Source: Nageia nagi (taxonomy: Eukaryota > Plantae > Pinophyta). Taken from it: 64,000 nt of DNA. Positions within the stretch are counted from its first letter, which is position 1, and each line of letters starts with the position of its first letter. Below, piece by piece: positions 27,437 through 41,777 of this stretch. Where the stretch lies: assembly GCA_050084985.1 (NCBI GenBank), contig JBITNC010000001.1, forward strand, positions 17,484,001 to 17,548,000. Direction: 5' to 3'. Position numbers and translations under genes: made by a program. A model generated the notes under the pieces. The model had not been told where the DNA came from. It saw only the letters and a program-made list of their open reading frames with translations, and did no database searches.

Positions 27437-28370
27437 TGTTGTCACTTTGCATGAATTGCACCAAGAATACACTTATAGTATGATGTAATTTTTTTGGGAT
27501 CTACTTTTAAGTGAGTATAATATGTAACTATATAACTTTAAATATTTGTAAGGTAGGTCACATGTATTTATTACTCATGGTTAGTGGGTCATATGTATTT
27601 AGTTATGACTAAAAGTTTTATTTAGACCATAAATTTTATAAAATTGTATGGTGATTTCATGTATTAGTGTGGTTATTTAAATCCTATGACTATGTGAAGA
27701 TTGTAGAAGTATGAAGTGAGATTTAAAGAACAATTAGTGATTGAAAAGATTGTACATCTATTGTATTACTGATTCTTTCTAAGATCTAATATATTTATGA
27801 TTTTACTAGTTTTTTTTTTTTTTACATAAAAGAGTTTTTGTATGATAAATCAATGAGTCTATTGTTAGTGCTTGTTAATTGTTACATTCATTTTTCTATA
27901 TTATTTTTCCATTTATTTTTAACATTTGGTATTAGAGATTTTTTTTTTTTTTACTCTAGCAAAGTTTTATAGCTGTCAGGGATATTTTTATATTTACTAA
28001 TAATTATTATTTAAGTGGGATTTTTACAAAAGAAATGATAAGCAAATTGAGATTTGGGATTAAAAAAATTAATAACCAAAAGTTTGATTTGTGGAAGCTC
28101 AAAAAGGAGGATATTTTGGTGGAAAATGATTAATGAGTTGTTATCTCTTATTTGTTAGCTTGTATGTATATAGGTGATTGGAGGAAATTAGATATAAAGA
28201 TTAAAAAATGCAATATGCCTTTACCTTTTAGATTTGATGTTGTTTAATGTATTTGATGAAGCCTTAACTAAAGGCTAATGGGATAAGTTAATTGTATAAT
28301 ACTAGACAAATTCCTTGACTAACAAATTATTCTTGCAATGGGATAGTTATTATTTAGAGATGAACAATAG
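27437..28370 (+). mobile_element. Truncated copia: LTR, PBS and start of gag
   Basis: ...AACA-TT-TGGTATTAGAG (27921-27937), then MISKLRFGIKKINNQKFDLWKLKKEDIL from 28035. The LTR left boundary is approximate. Confidence 0.7.
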
Positions 28371-28529
28371 AGAAGAAATATAATTATTAATAATAATATT
28401 TTGATATTAATTTTCATTGGTGATGAAAATGGTCAATTGGACTATATAAAATACATATATAATAAGAGCAAGGGAGTATCTACTATAACTCCTATATGTA
28501 ATATTAAAATGAACAAAAGAGAGTCAAAA

Positions 28530-28900
28530 TACAGCAATTATGAATGAGGTAGAAAGCTTATATATGTCAATCAAGGGACTCCATCATAATTTGAGGTCTC
28601 TTGATGTTACAACCAAAGGAATTAGCCCTAGTGATATTAGCAATAATGCGTTGACGAGTGATCCTTCCAAAATATTCAAGTTCATGTGAAGCTCTAATTT
28701 GTATATTCTTGCAATTGAAAGTAAGATATGATGAATATGGAACTTGAAATATTGTGAGATCTCTCGATAATCACTTTCTATATGAGGTGGGTCTATTCTT
28801 TTACATAAAATGTGATGTATTTTTTATCTTCATAATTCATCGATGATTTCAAAGTGTGAGAACCTTTGAATAAACAATGGAATTGACCTCAAAATTTATA
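28530..28900 (-). pseudogene. Possible highly decayed copia RT fragment
   Basis: The minus strand gives ILLSIARIYKLELHM, resembling RT 'AxxxLELHQMD'. Confidence 0.35.
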
Positions 28901-29095
28901 ATAGATGAGAAAAATAAATATGAATTGCTCTTCAATATTTGATTCCATGTTGCATAGTTTACATATGTGTTGGTCTTTAGGGATATGGTAGTCTATCGTG
29001 ATATAAAGCTAGCATGAGCAAACCCTTATCCACCCCTTATCTATCCAAGGGGAAAATGGAGACAATGGGATACATGTAGCTTGATGTAATCATGA

Positions 29096-29110
29096 GGGGG
29101 GGGGGGGGGG
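29096..29110 (+). repeat. Poly-G tract (15 G)
   Basis: Seen directly. Confidence 0.85.
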
Positions 29111-31639
29111 AATCACTTAATAGAAAGCCTCCAAAACATGTGTTTCTATGAGCTTCTTTAAACAAAAACCTTATTTTAAAATTTACCACCTCCCCTTTTA
29201 ATTTATTAACCCCCTTATGGTAAACCCTTATATACTAAATAATAACCCTTTTTAAAAACTTATCATTTTGCTAAATAATTAAATAATTTTTTAATAAAGT
29301 TTAGTAGTTTTACCATTTCATCAATGTATAATCATTAAGCATCCATGTGTTAATGATTTTTCAACATCTAGTTACCTGTATTCATGGATAGTAGTAATCC
29401 TATGTCTTGGAACTTCAAAATTATAAACAATATGATATACCTTATTCTTCTCATGGAAGCTAGTTTACTCCATATTAAAAGTGAAGCTTTAATATGACAT
29501 ATTTTATAAGATTATCAATTAACAAAGTTCATGCAAAGTTAGATCGTCTCAAGCTATCTGTATTCACCCAATAAACTTGTTTAAATCATTTTCTTAAAAG
29601 AGGTTGGCTAAAAGATTTTGATAATTGTCTTAATTTTTAGGTTATACATATTAATATAATTCCTTCAAATAACTATAAATTAAAATTCAATATCACAAAT
29701 AAAATAACTCAATAATGATGTGAAACCTTAATAATTATAACAAATCTATGTTGGACTATTATCATCTTTTTTATAAAACTATTTTATTTTATAAATGATA
29801 TGAATGTCTAGTATGCAAATCAAATATAACCCCACCCCTACTAGGGATCAAATTTGATAGGTGGATCAACTTTTCAATTGAAAAGTATTTTTTATGTTTT
29901 ACCCTTCACTATTGATAGGTAAAATATTTTTCCATGATTTAATTGAAATTTTTCATCAATGATGTCCCTTCAACAATGAAAACTCATATGAACACCAACC
30001 CCTCCAATGCAAGAAAAATTAAAATTAGAGAAATTTTACCAATTTACATATATTATTTAAAAGAAAAAATAATTATTTATTATATATAACTAATAACTTT
30101 ATATCATATAAGTAAATTAATTCTAATATAATACAATGTAAACTATGCAAACATTCAGTTTTAGAAAGATAATTATTGAAGTTTAAATTCCAAACTCACA
30201 AGTCTTAGTAGACATACCATATGATGATTTAAATGCATATTTGTTAAAGACCACAACTGGTGTGATTTACTCTATTTAAGATTTATAAAATATGCATAAT
30301 ATCAAGGAACAAAGCATTAAAATAAATTATAAAATAAAAATCCCACTCCATTGAACTTCCATTAACATTGAAATATCATCAAATCAAAAGCATTATATAA
30401 GAAGGAATAGAATTAAGTGTAGACTAGTCATCAAAGTCATAGAGGTCCTTAGAAGATGAGGTAAGCAAAGAATGCTACAATAGAGGTAAAAATAGTTGAA
30501 ACAACAATAATGGAGCCCACCCCTTCCTTAAGACTAGGACTTGATGCATCTATGGCATGTGCAAAATCAAATAAAATAAATATCATCATCAAAATATATA
30601 CAAATACCATAAAAATATAGACTCCTATATTTCTTGCAAACTTGTAATTCTAGAAAAGCAGGAAAGAGACTCATATAAAACCCTAAGCTCATACATGCTC
30701 AAAATAAGGTTGTTATGAAACTAATGACCTCATGTCAAACCACAACCACAAATAAAGGGTTGTTTATTTCCCAAATAAAAAATAAATGAAAAATATTACA
30801 AACTTGAATTCACACAGTCAAAGATGATGGAAGGTAAGGATAAAACTAGCAAATCTCCAAACAATCTCACAAACCCTACATAAACCAAAAAAAATTTATT
30901 AGGAAAATACTCGAATCTCAATAAGAAATATGATCCTAGGGTTAAATATATATAGAAAAAAATTAGTTAAGCATAATAATAATAGACCATAACTTGCATA
31001 TTATATCTCATACACCTTTATTTCCACCCTTTCCTGACCCAACATATTTGCTTCATTTCCAATTCCATCTTTGGCTTCCTAAATATCTCCTCTCTAGTTA
31101 TGCATCATCTAAATCATGCTTTCATATTGCAAATCCCCTTTGTTTTATATCTCAATATGCCCTCTTTGAAACCCCACTCATCTTACACCATCAGATACTA
31201 GTGATGATGCGATCCATGTGAGGTGTAAATGGAAATTCACTATGTTTTTAACCCTCAAAATTTATAACAAATCCCAAGTGTGTCATCCGGTATTGTTGTG
31301 TTGCTACTATGTTGCCCACTACTTTATAGAAATAAAACTAAAAAACATTGACTAGTAATTTTTAAACAAACTCTTAAAATGATTTTTTTTTAATTATTTA
31401 ACCCTTCATAATTAACGAGTAAATTTTTACTTTTTATTTCAAATGAAAAGAAATATGTAAAATATCCTTTCTATAATGGGCAAAATCCCCTTTGAAGGGT
31501 ATTGAAGGGTTCAAAGTTGACCCCTACCCCCACCCTTTTCTTTCATTTACTAGTAGAATTTATTACATGAATTTTAAACACCCCTACACTCCCTCCTCTA
31601 TAAAATACTTATCAATATACCAATAGTTCAACGTAATAT

Positions 31640-34600
31640 CAAAAATGCCCCCTAGGAGGACTACTCTAAATGATCTAATAAGTGATGTCTCTTTAAATTG
31701 TTCACTAGTGGGTAGTTTGTTATATATGACCATAGTAGACCAAATATTATTTTTTATAATTATATATATGGCTAGGTTCATGGATGAACCATAATAAAAT
31801 CATTGGATAATAAGAAAGCAAATTTTGATGTATGTCAAAGGGACATTAGAGATGGACACATATATGAGAGAGATAACACACTAAAGTTAGTTGGATATTC
31901 CAACTATGGGTAAGTATAAGAATATGGGTTCATGTGGAAGGGAACTCTTGGCAATTAGAAAAATTTTGAAAGAAACGAGATCTTGTTTCTAAAAAAAGGA
32001 TCTCATTTTGCTTTGGGATCCCCAACCAAAAATAAAATAGGATCCCATTTTTTAAATAATGAGATCCTGCTTAGGTTCGAGATCTCAACCTAAATGGGAT
32101 CCTATTATATAAATAAATTATTTACAACACAGTTCGTAAAATTAACGAAAAAATCTTACGGGCTCATTCTCTTAAACCCCTGGCAGATTCTTGATAGTCA
32201 ACAACTGTGTACCACCACCTCTCTCCCTCAGTGACCATATTCAACCTCTAGATTAATAATTAGGCTATATACCCTTCTTTTCCTTTTTTTTGCTTGAAAA
32301 TGAAGTTTTTTGTGTAAAATATGGTTATTTTTTGTGTAAAATTAGTAATGATACGTGTAAAAAAATAGGAGTCTTAGGTCAAAATCCTTATTTACAATGA
32401 TTATATTACATTCTCTAACAAAAATAACTCTAGTTTATACCAAATCCACTTGAACAAATAATATCAATTACACTTTGAAGGATATTTTTTAAATAATTAG
32501 CACAACATTTGAGATAGTTCCTACATTTTTCAATTTCTTAACCATTTTGTAAAAGGGTTGGAAACCTTTCAACATCCCTTCTTAACCAAATAAAAAAAAT
32601 TCAATTATAAAAAGACATTAGTTTCAACATCCCTTTTTAACCCTTTCAACATGATATTGGTTTTTCACTACAAATTGATCTTTACTTAAAGTCCAATTCT
32701 TATATGTAATAGTTTAGCAACAATGAATTTCTATTATGTGGTCAAGTAAAATACGTATAAATGATTAGTATATCTTACTCTTTAGTTGAGTTTAAAGTTT
32801 TATGAAAACTTAATTTGTTTAAAGTTTTATGATTGAGTTTAAAGTTTTGTGAAATCTTACTATTTGGTTCTCTAAGTATGATCCCATGGTCCTTTCAAAA
32901 ATGTCCTTACTTCTAAATTATCATATTCGTAAAAAATGAATAGAAATTTATTATAAAAGTTATAATTACGCTTACAAAATCAAATTACATGAATAAAAAA
33001 ATGGAGGCTACTTTTATATGGGGTAATGGGTATATTAGGAACAGGAATCTATTCTATTTTTAGGAATGGAATCTCCCTACAAATAAGATCTTATTTCTAA
33101 AAATAGAACAAGATCTCATTCCTAAAAATAGAACAGAATCTTGTTATTTAAAATTGAAATTTAACTCCACCCTTTGGCTCAGATTTATGCTCAGAAAAGG
33201 TAAGGTGACCCGACCCTTAGCCTTGGACTTGAAACTTTAAGCTCGTAACAATGGCAAAGGAAAATACCAACTTTAGGCATGTGTTTGATGATGTTTTTGT
33301 AGAATTTTTTAATGAAATTTTGTGGGATTACATATGTGAGTGTGCAAATTTAAAATATGTAATTTTTTTTAATTGGATTATATTTTATATTTTTTAGTTA
33401 ATTTTCAATTAAACTAGTCTATAAACTTCAAAAAATAGGTTTTTGTATTTGTTTAATAACTTTTTTTTTTAATTTTGAAAAAAAATGATATATATATAAT
33501 TAAAAAAATGAAAAAAGATAATTTTAGATCAAAGTATGCTTGATGGATGCGAGCAATTTTTAAAACAACAATTAGGGCCAAGAAAAAATTAATAAAAAAT
33601 ATTCATGAAAAAATACAAAAAAAAAACTCAACAATCTTCAGTGTCTTCGATGTCTTCACCCAAAAGGATTTTTAAAAAAAATACTTTAATTTAGGTCCAA
33701 TTATGCTTGAAGGATAGTGCATGTTATGGTCATAAAATAATATTTTTTAAATAGTGGCTTTTATTCATGCCTATCAAAAATCAATTTATATCATCTAGGT
33801 ATTGGAATAAATTACATATTTGAAAACTAGACTTTGAGCACTGCATTTTTACCCTAGTGACCTTTTAGAATATTCCATGTCTAAGTGCTTAAAATTTTGA
33901 AATCAATTGTGACCAAGCCTCAAAATCAAGGAAAACACTTCCATGTTTTGGCCATAAGGTGGACCCAACTTCTTGCACTGACCCTTATAGTTATGCAAAT
34001 GATGAAGATGACCTAGAAGATCTACTTCAAGGTATCTATTTACTTTTGAAGATGGTCCAATTGTGTATATGCAAGAAGCAAAGCATTGTATATAAAATTC
34101 CCATGAAGGCTAAATATTGGGCTTATTCCATAGAAAAGTAACATCTTTAATAGTCATATCATATGTTACAAAAGCCTCGCTTTAAACAAAAGGGACCATA
34201 TCAAATGTGGTCCAGTATCTAAAATACCATTTATATGACCAAGAATCTAATTATTCATTAGAAATCAAAGTAGACTGAGATTGATATGCATTAGATCCAT
34301 GAGAACGTACAAAATGATGAGATTAATGTATAGTGTATTATCATAAAGCATCAATTGGTGGATATCTTCATTAAACTATTACCAAAGGATGTATTTGTTC
34401 ATTTGAGACATATGATTAGGATCTATGCAGTTTCAAGAAAAGTAGCATTAAGGGAGGATGTTAGGATAATAACACCTTTATCTCTTCGTTAGATATTACT
34501 CCCCTTAATTCTAACTTAAGTGATGGTGTTGGATGTTAAGCTAGACTTAGTATAGATCTTATATTTATAAACACTTACGATTTATGAATACTAGGACCAC

Positions 34601-34928
34601 ATACTCAACTCCTATTTGACATGTTTATGTATACATGGATCACTATATTGATGATTAATCAATGATTGAAATTATAACATATTATTATGTAATCCAACAA
34701 TTATGGGTATGTCACATAGATTGGTAGGAGTTCTTGAGACTATTTAAAGGTCACTTTTAGCCAACATTTGAATCATCGTATCCAAATCATTTGTGATAAC
34801 TTATTATTATTATAATATCCTTTAGGGCCTGATAAGTCTCCTTGTATTCTTATATGAATTATTCTCTTCTGTTTTCACTTTATTCTTTCCTTTATGTATA
34901 ATGGTTTATGGTGTTCGATTCTTCAACA
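31640..34928 (+). mobile_element. Decayed copia 3' half (RT end, RNase H, PPT, 3' LTR 34459-34928) interrupted by a ~2-kb TIR insertion
   Basis: LVGSLLYMT...ARFM...HW...KQIL.YVKGT...LVGYS before 31907. RNase H-like text (DD..ST.., KKQSIV, QLVDIFIKLLPK) resumes at 33985. PPT AAGGGAGGA precedes TG at 34459. Confidence 0.75.
31908..33984. mobile_element. Non-autonomous TIR element (PIF/Harbinger-like ends) with a probable nested hAT-like MITE at ~31940-33170
   Basis: Left GGGTAAGTATAAGAATATGGGTTCA versus reverse complement of the right end GGGTCAGTGCAAGAAGTTGGGTCCA, with 3' flank TTA. Dense GGATCCC/GAGATCTC/GAACAAGATC subterminal motifs at 31975-32105 and 33035-33145. Confidence 0.55.
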
Positions 34929-35244
34929 GTATTGTATTTCTTCTAAATAACCATTTCAATAGGCCTTCTTTAATCTTAAAATTTAGTTTTCATATATTTA
35001 TCTTAGCAATAGATTCCTATCGATATCCTAACTCAAAAGCATCTTTGTGGGTTATTATTAATCCTTGATTAAAAAAACTACCAATGTGTGATAAGGATAT
35101 TTTAGGATGAAATTATTGATACATATTCATGCACCTTCATTCTTTGGAGAAAGGACAATGTGATTATCATAAGGAGATGATATAGGTGAATATTATTTTA
35201 AGCGATAAGCTCTTAGATCATTCTTCTGCAAAGTAAAATATTTG

Positions 35245-36170
35245 GCAATGATGAAATGAAAGATTTTAATTACATCCACAAGACCCAAACATGGTTTATG
35301 GGACCCTCAACTTGAAGTTTCGAGCAAGTTATTCCTTCTTCTACTGAGTTGGATTAATAACTCACTAATTTTTTTTCTTTTACTATCTTCGAATAGCTCT
35401 GTTAAAGAACCCTCTCCAAGTGTTTTTTATATTTGTCAAGGATATTTGAAAACCTCAAACATGTATATAAATGAATTGTTTCTATGTGTCTACTATCGTT
35501 GTGCTACATAACGTACATATCCTTTCTTCCCATTGCTCTTTAGGTGTAGTCCATCTCCCTATTTCACATCTAAGCCTATGAGAGCTTGTCCTTATTTGGG
35601 CAATTAGAATTTTCTCTTGCCATTTAATTTCAGCTCTTATATAACCTTTTTCCCTCTGGTCATATGTTGGGTTAAACTTTGCAATGTAGTATTCTCTTTT
35701 CCTGCTTGCATTTTTCCACATTCTCCTTCTAAATTTTTCATTTACATATTGCTTGATGTCTTTGTTGAAGTTTGGGCATTCATTTATATTGATTTCCCAA
35801 CATTGCATCCATTTTTTATTTTGTTTCATCCATGCGCTCTTCTACCTATGTAGTTCTTCATCCCTAGCTACTCTAGGCCATTTGTTGTTTTTCATGATTT
35901 CTATTTTTTTCAAGTAGCATAACAAGTTGGTCATAGCAGTTGCTTCTAAAAGGAACATTCCAACTTCAGATAGAATGATTTCATAGGGTGGTGTGGTCTT
36001 AATTTTGAGAAAATTTGTGATTAAATATTTTTGAACCCTTCCTATTTGTCTCCATTTTGTATTCATTGTTCCACTGACCCATATTTCACAACCATACAAC
36101 AAAACTGATGTAACAACTAGACCAAATAAGACCTTGATCATCCCATAATCCAAGGTATCATATACCACAA
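35245..36170 (-). mobile_element. 5'-truncated LINE relic, RTEX/RTE-like C-terminus of ORF2
   Basis: ORFs 35842-36168 (LLYGCEIW...IGRVQK...YEIILSEVG) and 35482-35829 (IRTSSHRLRCEIGRW...EERICTLC...VDT*KQF) match a post-RT thumb plus CCHC region. A short TCAT-like 3' tail lies at ~35260-35247. Confidence 0.75.
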
Positions 36171-37190
36171 CGCGATAATAAAAGTATCAATTATCATCTA
36201 CATTACACTTTATAATAATAATAAACATGAAAATAATACTAAAAGTCTTGATAATTACACAAAAAAAACTACATAACAACAAAAAAACCGATAAATAATA
36301 ACAATAAATTTCCCTACAGTAATTATACTTATGATCAAGAAGGTTTATATATAACTTATATTAACAATCATTTTACACGTATATTCACAATCCTAGAAAT
36401 GCTATTTTATGATTTATTCAAAGTGATATTTTTTAATATATTTTCATTTAAAAATAGATAAGCTATGAGCCTAAAAACTTGTGTATATGACCACTCTTTG
36501 TTGAAGTTGATTATTAAAATCAATTATAATGTAAAGGTAGATCTCAAGTTAGTTGAGATTCAATAGATTTCATTAGGCCACCTTTCAATATGCTACCACC
36601 TAGACCAAAACTTAAGCTTCCTTTGGCATGAAATAACAAGACGGTTAGTATGTCATAAACAAAACGAATTCAACTTCCAGTAGGGGTTACTAACGTACAC
36701 TCAAACATAAAGTACAACATAATCCAAACGGGTATCCAGATTATTGGTTGAAGTGATTTTACATCATACCAACAAGAACATCCAAAACCCGATAGACTAT
36801 AGACGTCCAACTCTGATTGTACATCAAATCTTATAATACCCATAACCCCAAGAAAACAACCCACCTAATTGATTGTAGTGCTTCAGGTCGTCGTCCACAC
36901 CAAATCTATATGGAAAATCCAACACCCATTTGATGCAGACTTTCAAGAGCGTTTTACATCAAATATAACTTTCAAAAGAATTAATTTCAAACTTCCAGTG
37001 CCAGCAATCTAAAACAAATATTTCTTTAAAAACAAAAACGTTCTATCCAAACGAGTGCAAAATCATTGAATTTGCACTATAAGTACTGAAACATCTCGCG
37101 AATGTAGACTCCTGTAGTTATCTTTGTTATAAATGTGCACCACTGTCCACTACTCACATAGAATTGTGGGCTTTGTTGTAGTTAGCTACA

Positions 37191-40100
37191 ATGGATTCTT
37201 CATGTAATATTCGGATTGATTGGTCAAAGCTATTGTTGAATAGAAAATTGTTCCTTGTGTGGATTCTTGTGGTTTTCCTTCCATTTGCTCTTGTGATTGC
37301 CATCTTTAGTGCACCCAATTGTTTCTTGATCGAACAAATTGCAGGGAATTCATTCAGTTTTGAGAGGTTATATGGCATAGAAGATCCTCAATCTCAGCCT
37401 AATTTGGTTATGCCTATTCAACCATTAAATGTCAATGCCAACAAGATGCATTCCTTGCATGACAGTGATGGAATTAAGACAGTACAGAAAAAGTTTCAAG
37501 ATGAAAGGATCAAGGTATATCATGGGGAAAGCAATTCTTCAAAGAGTATTCAATCAGGTATGTTTAAGTTAAATTCTTGAAAATAGAAATTGAATTTTCA
37601 GGTTGTGTAAGAACTTAGTATACTTTTACCACACAAAACAAAATCATGATCTCTCTACGCACATTTAACATAAGTGCATGCAATGAAAACTATGAATGCT
37701 GCAACAGTAATCCAACCATGACAGTCTGATTGCACCAAGACATTATAGACAATGGAAGTAAGTCAAGTAACAGAATTCCAAAGAACTAGCAAACAAGAAA
37801 GAGATGCACATTTACATGAAATCCTCATTTGGCAACACCACCATAAAATGAATTAGGAATCGTGTCAAAAAAATGGTGATTTGGATATTATTTATAGATG
37901 AACCTGATTCACTAGATGATGGATATTGGAGATGAGATTGTCTCTATAAAATCTCTAACATTCCCAACAGTCCACATTATGCAAAAGAAGACCTTAGGCC
38001 TAACCAATAAGTAAGCCCAGGTTACAAACCAGACTTAGAATCTTGGTCAAACACGCATCTTGAAACCAACCTAGAGTACAATCCCAATTGTGAACGATGC
38101 ACATGGCAAGTTTAGACAAATTCCATAAAAATTTAGTCTATTTTAACAGGCTGATGTTTATATGACTCTTATAGGAAGTATCCTCAACAGTGAAAAACTA
38201 AGTAGTTAAAGATGTAGATGTTTTTGTTGATTTTTTGAGAGTTCCCATATAACAAGGTCCGTACTGATTGAATCTCTATTCATTCTTTTTGTATTGGATT
38301 GTGGAACCCATACTCCACCATTTTCAACCTGTTCAGGCCTATATCCATGGTATGAATATCTTGGGACAATGTAAACAGCAAAGTGGCAGAATGTAGATAT
38401 GATAAGAGTTGTAGCATACATCTAACAAAAATTGGAAGTGTACTGTATATCATAAATGTGAGGTATCTACCGAAAATCCAATTCATTTGTGAGACTTCTG
38501 TTTACCCTATTTGGGCTACCATAGGGTAGTCATCTTGAAAACCCAATTATTGTGTAAGATTTCTGTACACATGATTGGCACTACCACAAGCTTATACACC
38601 CTGTATTGATAACCCAATTCTTGTTTGAGATACTTTACATGATCAAGGCTATCATAGGGGCATCTAATCCCATATTGAGATCGAATTCTTGGTCACATTT
38701 CTTGTTTTCTCTGTTCATGACAAGGACTACTATAGGCATATAATCTCCATACTGTATCAAATTACCAAATGAGATCCGTAGAAAACATTGAGAATGCCAT
38801 AGGTTTAGAACCTTTGCACTGGAAGCCCCATTCTCATGTGAAATCGGTATACGCATGAGCCAGCCTCCTATAGGCATAGCTGCATAGCATCTGGATGTTA
38901 AAAAAATAATTTGTAGAATTGACAGTTTTGTATGTGTGATTGTTTCTACTATATAGGTTTTATATATGGAAAAATCCATTTTATAGAAGCCAAGAAGGAA
39001 TGCTTCCTTTTTGTTTATAACTGATGTAGTTTTGAAGCAGTGCTTATTGACACTTTTTGTTCTGACAGGGAAGTGCAATCTTTTCAAAGGAAAATGGATC
39101 CGTGATCAAGAGGGACCACATTATACAAATGAGACCTGTATATATATTCAGGGTCACCAAAACTGCATGAAGAATGGCCGGCCCAATATGGAATACTTGT
39201 ACTGGAGATGGAAACCAAATGGATGCACTCTTCCTCGATTTAATGCTACGTTGTTCCTAGAATTAGTTAGAGGGAAAGCATGGGCTTTTGTGGGTGATTC
39301 TATAGCCCGCAACCAGATGCAATCTCTTTTGTGCATGCTTTCCAAGGTATTTTTCCAAACAACTCTGACATCAAGTGTTAATTGAAGTTTATCTCAAATT
39401 CATTAAGCATAATCTGATTATAAACCATGATGTTTTGAGGTTTTTATGTCTTAAAAGTATCAAAGTTAATCTCATTTTGCAGGTTGAACATCCAAACAAC
39501 ACATATAAAGACAAAGATAACATATTTGTACATTGGTATTTTCCATCATATAACTTTACACTACTGGTTCTATGGTCACCCTATCTTGTAAAAGTAACAG
39601 AACAAGAGTTTAAGGGTATTCCAAGTGGGGTTCCAAAGCTCCATTTGGATGTTTTAGACCCTGAATGGGTGACTTTGCTACCGAATATGGATGTCATTGT
39701 TCTATCCGCAGGACCATGGTTTCTAAGATCAGGCATCTACATTATGCAAGACCAGGTTATTGGATGCCACAATTGTCCAGGAACCAATGTTACACAGTTG
39801 GGCTTCTATTTTGCGTACAGGCACGCTATTAAAGCTTCGCTTGAAGGAATCCGTTTACTCCCAGGATTCAAAGGCTTTGCTTTTATGCAAACATTCGCAG
39901 TAGATCACTTTGAGAATGGCAATTGGGAATCGGGAGGTACATGCAATAGAACTGTGCCCTACAATAAGGGCGAGGTTGAGCTTGGTGCTGTTACCAAAGA
40001 AATGCACAAGATTGTTACAGAAGAGTTTAAGAATGACACAAACAAGGAAGCTTCCAATGGATCTATTGTGAATCTGGTAGATATAACATATTGTGGCCTA

Positions 40101-40259
40101 CTTCGACCAGATGGGCATCCAGGCAAATATAGGGACAACACTTACATTTCAACAAGAAAAAGTAATCAGCCTGTTCCAAACGACTGTCTGCATTGGTGCC
40201 TACCAGGTCCAATTGATACATGGAATGAAATTATACTTATGATGCTTAGAGAAATTTGA
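37191..40259 (+). CDS. TBL: TRICHOME BIREFRINGENCE-LIKE polysaccharide O-acetyltransferase (PMR5N + PC-esterase); exons 37191-37557, 39069-39346, 39483-40259; 473 aa
   Basis: N-terminal TM helix, then CNLFKGKW, QNCMKNGRP, WRWKP, GDS (FVGDSIARNQ), RPDGHP and DCLHWCLPG (DxxH). GT-AG introns in phases 1 and 0 give an open 1422-nt CDS. It most resembles the TBL19-27 (AXY4/mannan acetyltransferase) group. Confidence 0.95.
38480..38760 (+). repeat. Degenerate ~65-75-bp tandem repeat in TBL intron 1
   Basis: Recurrent ...aacccaatt..tgt..gaga...ctaccatagg/ctatcatagg/ctactatagg units. Confidence 0.5.
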
Positions 40260-41777
40260 TATATTTATCTATTGTACCTACTCGCACAATTGCATTATAT
40301 TTAAGTCAGTAATAGCTGATTATCCTTTTTGAGTCTTTACAGGCGCACAGAAAAAGATGCACACCAGAGGCTCATTAGTTAAGTGTATTGTGGCTAGACA
40401 AGAAATAGGATTCTATAAATTTGTCAAAATATTGTTGAATGTTAATTGTCATAGGTCCAAGGAGGTTGTATAAATCTAGCAGGCCATTTGATTTTTACAG
40501 CACCTCAAGGTCAACTTTGATTTCTCTGTTGCTGATGCTAGATTGCAAATGTCTACTATGTTTTCCATCATTTCATGTTTTTAAAACAGATAAAATGTGA
40601 TAAGAGTGTGCAACAGAAACATTCAATAAAAGAAAGATGATGGTCATGTACAGTACAAGACCTTGTTAATGTGTACAGCAAAATCAGATTTTTGTCATAT
40701 GATAAATTGTTGTACACAATACACACTGTATTCATTGATTCTTTGAAATCTCCCAGGCAAATTGCACAAGGTGAAAAGTGCATGCTTGCAAATGTGCAAG
40801 ATTCATAGATCACAAAAACTGAATTATGTTTGCAAGCTTAATAGATTATATAATAATAATTTGGTTACATACAGAACATCCATCACTGGAAAAGATGGGT
40901 CAGCGAGTTTTTCAAGATTCTGTATAGAAAAGGATCATTGTAAATGTGAAGAGTTACAAATGAGTTCCAATCAGTAGTAGGATCAACCTTCAACATCAAA
41001 AAATCAAGTTTGATAATCTATCAAAGCAGTCACATGACAAAAGGTTACTGCAACAAATTTTATGCTGCAGATGTTCAATAATCTCCACTCTTGTTCTAGC
41101 CAAAAAGAGCTGTCACTTGTAACATACACATTTTTGGTTACAAGGTAATCACTCATGATAACAATACAAATTTGATGAGAAATAAGCAAACAATACAAAT
41201 AACAATAAAAGAAAATGTGCATAATCATTAGTTAGTGATCTCAATTTCAATGCAATGCAACAGTGTAGACAAGTATACCATGACTGTTGAAAACAGGATA
41301 ACTCTTTGAATGCACCTTAGATCTATCAGCATTGCCATTCATTATATAATTATGCAAATAACAGCGTTGATAAGATAAATGTTACATTACCAACAAGATA
41401 GAACATCCATAGCATTCCAACAACACTCGAGCTTGTGATACTTGAGTTTTTCTTAGGTTATACAGGTTGCACAGCCACTTATTAAACATCTTGTTTAAGA
41501 GATATAAATCATACAGAACATGTTTCGCAAAGCCAGACTGAAGAGGTCTTTCTAAGTTCCTGTTCTGTCACTTGTTGCAGAATAAAAAACTTATATGATG
41601 ATCACAGATATTCTCTTTTATAAATGCCAGTCCAATACAAAATAAGAATCTTGGGGCTCAAGCGTTTAAAATTGTTTTATAAATTCTTCTTTCCTATCAA
41701 AAATTAATCCAATATCAGTACTTGTTAATCTATTAAGCATTACAATATATGATGAGAGCAAACATTAATCCACTACC

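Noticed and set aside
38206-39087. Minus-strand ORFs (71, 68, 150 aa) in TBL intron 1
   Set aside because: No recognisable motifs, they partly overlap a degenerate repeat, and they are probably chance ORFs.
39375-39482. N-terminal extension of the 294-aa TBL ORF
   Set aside because: Falls in intron 2 (39347-39482). The true exon starts at VEH after TTTTGCAG.
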